Assembly (NCBI GenBank): GCA_938084645.1
Contig: CALKEP010000037.1
Span: 1-45,375, forward strand
Origin: an uncultured Phycisphaerales bacterium
GTDB lineage: Bacteria; Planctomycetota; Phycisphaerae; Phycisphaerales; SM1A02
Length of the DNA: 45,375 nucleotides
Reading direction: 5' to 3'
Under the pieces are notes generated by a model, which was not told the DNA's origin, ran no database searches, and saw nothing but the letters and a program-made list of their open reading frames with translations. This document shows positions 40,483-45,375 of the stretch, piece by piece (position 1 is the stretch's first letter; the number at the start of each line of letters is the position of its first letter). The position numbers and the translations under genes were made by a program.

Positions 40483-41051
40483 AGCTCTACACCAGAACCG
40501 GCGATGACGGCAAGACCGGACTCTTTTCCGGCGATCGGGTCGGCAAGGACCATCCGCGCATCGAGGCCTACGGCACCGTCGACGAACTGAACGCCTGCAT
40601 CGGACTCGTCGTCTCCGGAATCGAGGGTGCTTCCGACGCCGACACCACGCTTCGGGAACTGCTCGGAAGCATCCAGTCCCGCTGTTTCGATCTCGGAGCG
40701 GATCTCGCCACCCCCGAAGGCGCCCGCAACAGCGAGAAGGTGAGCCGGATCGACGACGCGGACGTCAAGGTGCTTGAAGACGCGATCGACCACTACCAGG
40801 CCGCCGCCCCCGAGATCTCCTGCTTCGTGCTTCCGGGAGGATGCGAACTCGCATCGAGGCTCCATCTCGCGCGGACCGTCTGCCGACGGGCCGAGCGGCT
40901 CATGGTCCACCTCGGTCACGCGGAACCGGTCACGCCCGAGGCGATCCGCTGGGTGAATCGGCTCAGCGATCTGCTCTTCGCGATGAGTCGGGCGGCCAAT
41001 CACGCGGCCGGCGTCGCCGACGTTCCGTGGAAGCCGAAGTCGAGCGACTGA
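40479..41051 (+). CDS. ATP:cob(I)alamin adenosyltransferase (PduO type)
   Basis: YTRTGDDGKT, EAYGTVDELN, FVLPGG, ARTVCRRAER and NRLSDLLF motifs. Confidence 0.95.
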   Translation: MKLYTRTGDDGKTGLFSGDRVGKDHPRIEAYGTVDELNACIGLVVSGIEGASDADTTLRELLGSIQSRCFDLGADLATPEGARNSEKVSRIDDADVKVLEDAIDHYQAAAPEISCFVLPGGCELASRLHLARTVCRRAERLMVHLGHAEPVTPEAIRWVNRLSDLLFAMSRAANHAAGVADVPWKPKSSD

Positions 41052-41056
41052 ATCGA

Positions 41057-42067
41057 TCAGGGGGTCCGCTTGCTCCGGGGCCTGCCCAACGCGCTGGATC
41101 CCCCGGTCGACTGACCCTTGCGCAGCATCCCGATCCCGTTGATCCGCTCCCAGGCGCTGTCGGCGTTCCCGGCACCGTACTCCGTGGTGATCGAACGGCG
41201 ATTCCAGGCGCGGGCGACGGTCGAGGTCGTGCCGCTGCCGCAGAACGGATCGAGCACCAGCCCGCCCTCGTCGGAGCACGCGAGGATGACGCGCTCGAGA
41301 TAGACCTCGGGAATCTGGTTGTGGTGACGGGCGCGTCGCTCCTTGTTGTTGCCCTGCACGCGACCCCAGTAGGGCCCGTACCAGACGTCCATCGGCACCC
41401 GCATGCCGGCGTTCCGACCCTTGGCCTGGGTACGCGGGTCGTTGTACACCGATGCGCGGTCCGACTGTTCGAGGATCGCGTCCGGATTCCAGATGCGGTG
41501 GTCGGGGTCCTTCGCGAAGTAGAGCGCGTGCACCTTGCTCATGATGAACGAACTGTCGCGGTGCTGTCCGAAGCGGAAGTGCCAGGCGCACCAGTTGATC
41601 ATGGTGAGGCCGCGACGCTTGAGATGCATCACGATCTCCGCCGCGGTGTCGTCGGGGATGTTCACCCAGATCGAGCCGTGCGGAGCGAGGGCGTCGACGC
41701 AGATGTCCAGCCAGTCGTAGGTGAACCGCTCGTATTCCGCGCGGGGCATGCCGTCGGACCACTCGTCGTAGGGCACGTCCCAGTTGAACGGTGGATCGGC
41801 GAAGACGAGATCCACCTCGCCGTGATCCGGGAGATTCGGAATGACGTCCCGGCAGTCGCCGACGTAGAGCCGGGTGTCGGGATCCGCCGATCGGTGCACG
41901 GGTTCGACCGCGGCGGTCGCGGGGACGTGCGGCGCCACGTCGTCACCGAGCAGGCGAATGTCCGCGCGGGGCAGATCCGCCGCCGATTCCCGCTGGATCT
42001 GGGTTGCGCCTCGGGGCGTCGCGTATCCGCCCGGGCGATCGAATTCGGTGTTCTTGCGTTCGGCCAT
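41057..42067 (-). CDS. Orphan beta-class N4/N6 DNA methyltransferase
   Basis: DLVFADPPF (motif IV) precedes LDPFCGSGTT (motif I); no nuclease gene adjacent. Confidence 0.9.
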   Translation of the reverse strand: MAERKNTEFDRPGGYATPRGATQIQRESAADLPRADIRLLGDDVAPHVPATAAVEPVHRSADPDTRLYVGDCRDVIPNLPDHGEVDLVFADPPFNWDVPYDEWSDGMPRAEYERFTYDWLDICVDALAPHGSIWVNIPDDTAAEIVMHLKRRGLTMINWCAWHFRFGQHRDSSFIMSKVHALYFAKDPDHRIWNPDAILEQSDRASVYNDPRTQAKGRNAGMRVPMDVWYGPYWGRVQGNNKERRARHHNQIPEVYLERVILACSDEGGLVLDPFCGSGTTSTVARAWNRRSITTEYGAGNADSAWERINGIGMLRKGQSTGGSSALGRPRSKRTP

Positions 42068-42158
42068 GCCGGCGATGATCACCGATTCCCGGCGTTCGCG
42101 CCACCGTCGACGCGTTGACCACAACGGTTCCGGTCGGGACGAGGTCCGAAGGTCACCG

Positions 42159-42803
42159 TCAGAGCGTGCCGAAGACGCGATCTCCGGCATCGCCGAGGCC
42201 GGGAACGATGTAGGCGTTCTCGTCGAGTCTCTCATCGAGCGCCGCCGCGTGGACTTCCACGTCGGGGTGGTCTTCGGCCATGCGTCGGACGCCTTCGGGC
42301 GCCGCGACGAGGCAGAGGAATCCGATCGAGCCGCATCCGCGACGCTTGAGGTACGTCACCGCGTAGGTCGCGCTGCCGCCGGTCGCGAGCATCGGATCGA
42401 CCACCAGGACCGGACCGTCGCCGATGTCCGAAGGGAGTTTCTCGTAGTACTCGACCGGCTGATGGGTCTCCTCGTTCCGCTGGACGCCGATGTGGCCGAC
42501 CCGCGCCTCGGGGACGAGTCGGAGGATGCCGTCGGTCATGCCGAGACCGGCGCGAAGGATCGGAACGATGGTGATCGGCGCGGCGAGTTCGACGGTCGAG
42601 CAGGCCTTGATCGGCGTCATCACTTCGCGGGTCCGCGTCGGAAGGTCGCGCAGCGCCTCGTAGGTCATGAGACCCGCGACTTCACCGAGCACCCGTCGGA
42701 AGGTGGGCGGAGGCGTGGCGACGTCGCGGAGGATCCCCAGCTTGTGCTCGATGAGCGGGTGGGCGTGGGTGAGCAGGTTCGGATGGTCGGGGGTTCGTCG
42801 CAT
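42159..42803 (-). CDS. upp: Uracil phosphoribosyltransferase
   Basis: HPLIEHKL, PILRAGLGM, VDPMLATGGS and YIVPGLGDAGDR motifs. Confidence 0.98.
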   Translation of the reverse strand: MRRTPDHPNLLTHAHPLIEHKLGILRDVATPPPTFRRVLGEVAGLMTYEALRDLPTRTREVMTPIKACSTVELAAPITIVPILRAGLGMTDGILRLVPEARVGHIGVQRNEETHQPVEYYEKLPSDIGDGPVLVVDPMLATGGSATYAVTYLKRRGCGSIGFLCLVAAPEGVRRMAEDHPDVEVHAAALDERLDENAYIVPGLGDAGDRVFGTL

Positions 42804-42833
42804 GGTCGTGTTCCTTCAGCTTCACCTGGTCCG

Positions 42834-44687
42834 TCACATGCGTTCCGGGGCGCCGATTCCGAGGGTGCCGAGTCCGTCGCGGAGCACGTCGCGGGTCAGT
42901 CGCACCAGTCGGATCCGAGCGGCGCGGATCGAGGGGTCCTCGGCGCGAAGGACCGGGCAGGCGGAATAGAACGAGCTGAACTCCGTCGCCACCGAATAGA
43001 GGAAACGACAGAGCCTGCTCGCTTCCAGTGAGGCGGCCGCCGTCTTCATCGTCTCGGGATATCGAAGGAGCAGCAGCGCGAGTCGTCGCTCTTCGGGCGT
43101 TTCGATCCGGAACGCGGCGTCGGTGCTCGCCTCGTCGCCCGCCTTCTCCAGCATGGAGCAGAGTCGGGCGTGGGCGTACTGCAGGTAGGGGCCGGTGTCG
43201 CCTTCGAACGCGATCATGCGATCGAGGTCGAAGACGTAGTCGCGGGCCGAGTCTCCCGAGAGATCCGCGTACTTGATCGCGGCGATGCCCACCGCCCGGC
43301 CGATCGCCTCGAGTTCCTCGGGGGGCAGGCCGTGGGTCGGCGCCTTGGGGTCGGCGGCCCGGCTGGTGACCGCCTCGACGCCGCGGTCGACCGCGGCCTG
43401 CAGCAGGTCCATCAACTTGAAGTTCGCGCCCGACCGGGTCTTGAGGGGTTTCTTGTCGGCACCGAGGACCGTGCCGAAGCCGAGGTGCACGAGTTCGGAT
43501 TCCACGCCGTCCGGGAGGGTCGCCCAGCCGATCTTCCGGCAGGCGTCGAAGACGTCTCGGAAGTGATCGCGTTGTCGGGCGTCCACGACGTAGACGACCT
43601 CGTCGCTGTCGAGTTCCTGCACCCGATATCGCAGCGCCGCGAGATCGGTGGTGGCGTAGAGGAAGCCGCCGTCCCGCTTTCGGATGAGCATCGGACGTTC
43701 GCGGTCGTCGAACCGGACCACGAGGGCGCCGTCGTCCTCGACCGCGAGGCCCGATCGGACGAAGGCGTCCACCACCTCCGCGAGCTCGTCGCGAAAGCTC
43801 GATTCGCCGCGTTCGCTGTCCGGAGCGATGCGGGTGCCGAGCAGTTCGCACGCGCGGTAGACCTCGGTCATCGTGACCTCGATCAGGCGTCGCCACGCCG
43901 CGACCATGGTCTCGTCGCCGGATTGCAGTCGGACCAGGGCGTCCCGAGCCGCCGCCTGGGCCGCGCCGGCGCTCTCGTTCTGCGCTTCGAGTTCCGCGAC
44001 GCGATGGGGGCCGCATCGATGCGCGACGGCGGATTCCAGTCCACGGACGTCACCTCGAGCCTCGAGCTGGGCGTCGCGGTACGCGACGTTCAGGGTGTCC
44101 AGGTCGAGGGCCTCGAAGTCCACCTTCCGGGCCAGGAGCGAGTGCAGGGTCATCGCGATGGGGAGGCCCCAGTCGCCGAGATGGTTCTGGCGATGGACGG
44201 TGCGACCGATCCGCTCGAAGAGTCGGGCCACGGTGTCGCCGATCACGGTCGATCGCAGGTGACCGACGTGCATCTGCTTCGCGACGTTCACGCCGCAGAC
44301 GTCGATCGTCACGCCGTGCGGCTTGTCCTCGGGTTCGATTCCGAGCGCTTCATCGTCCATGCCCGCGAGGGCATCGGCGAGCGCGGTCGGTCGGAGCCGG
44401 ATGTTCAGGAAGCCGGGGCCCGCGATCTCGGGGGCGTCGATCACGTCGCCGAGCCCGTGTTCCGGCGCCATCAGGGCGTCGACGAGTTCCGCGGCGACGT
44501 CCCGGGGGGGGCGACCGAGCTTCTTCCCGAGGGCCATCGCGGCGTTCAACTGGAAGTCGCCGAATTCGGGTTTCGCGCTGGGCTTGAGGGCGGCGTTGAT
44601 GCCGGAGGCGGCGTCGCCACCGACCGTGCCCACGGCGACGGTGACGGCGGCTTCGACTCGGGCGACTGGATCCTGGACGGCGTTCAT
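42834..44687 (-). CDS. argS: Arginine--tRNA ligase
   Basis: FGDFQLN, AGPGFLN, NVAKQMHVGHLRS, NHLGDWG, KTRSG and GPYLQYAHAR motifs; ends PERM. Confidence 0.97.
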   Translation of the reverse strand: MNAVQDPVARVEAAVTVAVGTVGGDAASGINAALKPSAKPEFGDFQLNAAMALGKKLGRPPRDVAAELVDALMAPEHGLGDVIDAPEIAGPGFLNIRLRPTALADALAGMDDEALGIEPEDKPHGVTIDVCGVNVAKQMHVGHLRSTVIGDTVARLFERIGRTVHRQNHLGDWGLPIAMTLHSLLARKVDFEALDLDTLNVAYRDAQLEARGDVRGLESAVAHRCGPHRVAELEAQNESAGAAQAAARDALVRLQSGDETMVAAWRRLIEVTMTEVYRACELLGTRIAPDSERGESSFRDELAEVVDAFVRSGLAVEDDGALVVRFDDRERPMLIRKRDGGFLYATTDLAALRYRVQELDSDEVVYVVDARQRDHFRDVFDACRKIGWATLPDGVESELVHLGFGTVLGADKKPLKTRSGANFKLMDLLQAAVDRGVEAVTSRAADPKAPTHGLPPEELEAIGRAVGIAAIKYADLSGDSARDYVFDLDRMIAFEGDTGPYLQYAHARLCSMLEKAGDEASTDAAFRIETPEERRLALLLLRYPETMKTAAASLEASRLCRFLYSVATEFSSFYSACPVLRAEDPSIRAARIRLVRLTRDVLRDGLGTLGIGAPERM

Positions 44688-44763
44688 CCGACGGAGGATA
44701 CCGGGCGGCGGGGCGATGGGACTTCCGCGAGGGGGCGACGGCCCGCGGGGTCACGGCGAGCAG

Positions 44764-45375
44764 TCACGGCGACCAGTCACCGAGCATGATGCCGATGTCG
44801 CTGCCGAGCACGCAGCCGTCGCCGTCGAGGTCGGCGTAACCGGGGTCGTCGCAGCCCCACTTGCCGAGCAGGAGTCCGAAGTCGGCGCCGTTCACCAGGC
44901 CGTCCCGATTGAGATCGGCGGGCGATCCGGCGGCGGCGATCAGTTCCCGCCACAACATTCGAGCGAAGGTCCGGGCGCCGAGGAGATTCGGATGGACGCC
45001 GTCGGACAAGAGGTTCTCCTCCCACGTCGACCAGTCGCCGAAGCGTTCGAGGACCATCGCGTGGAGGTCGATGAACGCGACGTCTCCGCCCGCGATCGAT
45101 CTCAGTTCGTCCGCGTATCCGCTGAAGAAGACGTCGGCATCGTTGCTGCTGTACGGCGCGATCAGGAGGAACGCCGGCTCCGGAAGGCCGGGGTCGAGCT
45201 TCCTCGCCTCGGCGTGGATCGTTCGATACCGATCGAGGATTCCAGCGACGTCCGCGGCCGTGGTCCAGGGCACGTTGGTGTCCGTACCACCGTTGTTCGT
45301 GCCGATCCACAGCATGAAGTGCGTCACCTCGTGGGCGAGGATGTGCCGGATCAACGCCTCGTCCGTGTAGCCGCC
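44764..45375 (-). CDS. SGNH/GDSL hydrolase with C-terminal dockerin-like anchor (5' truncated)
   Basis: IGTNN block III, SDGVHPN block V, duplicated DLNxDGxVxGxDxG tail; frame open to window edge. Confidence 0.85.
   Translation of the reverse strand, partial: GGYTDEALIRHILAHEVTHFMLWIGTNNGGTDTNVPWTTAADVAGILDRYRTIHAEARKLDPGLPEPAFLLIAPYSSNDADVFFSGYADELRSIAGGDVAFIDLHAMVLERFGDWSTWEENLLSDGVHPNLLGARTFARMLWRELIAAAGSPADLNRDGLVNGADFGLLLGKWGCDDPGYADLDGDGCVLGSDIGIMLGDWSP

Noticed and set aside
41057..42067. Restriction-modification or anti-phage defence island
   Set aside because: Neighbours are housekeeping genes; no nuclease, ATPase or other defence gene is present

Overview
GC-rich bacterial chromosomal window, most likely from a planctomycete of class Phycisphaerae. 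This is inferred from the C-terminal dockerin-like anchors, the DUF1559-type prepilin proteins, the planctomycete-style ECF sigma factor and the fucosidases. Housekeeping genes are metF, rex, a dCMP deaminase, tRNA-Pro(TGG), a stand-alone nuoA, ppk2, asnS, groES-(small ORF)-groEL, a PduO-type adenosyltransferase, upp and argS. Accessory genes are GH29 and GH95 fucosidases, several exported hydrolases, lipoproteins, two tandem prepilin paralogues and an orphan DNA methyltransferase. I saw no integrase, transposase, CRISPR array or rRNA. The best leads are: (1) a possible phospho-signalling locus at 3.3-7.4 kb, made of a membrane-anchored peptidoglycan amidase homologue with its Zn-ligand Cys replaced by Ser, a non-RD Ser/Thr kinase, a HAD phosphatase and an FHA-ECF sigma fusion; (2) an unknown 66-aa gene between groES and groEL; (3) a recurring leaderless-mRNA signature plus back-to-back bidirectional -10 elements; (4) tandem prepilins with a shared upstream motif. 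Family calls come from recognising motifs by eye, not from database searches, and several start codons were moved relative to the ORF track.
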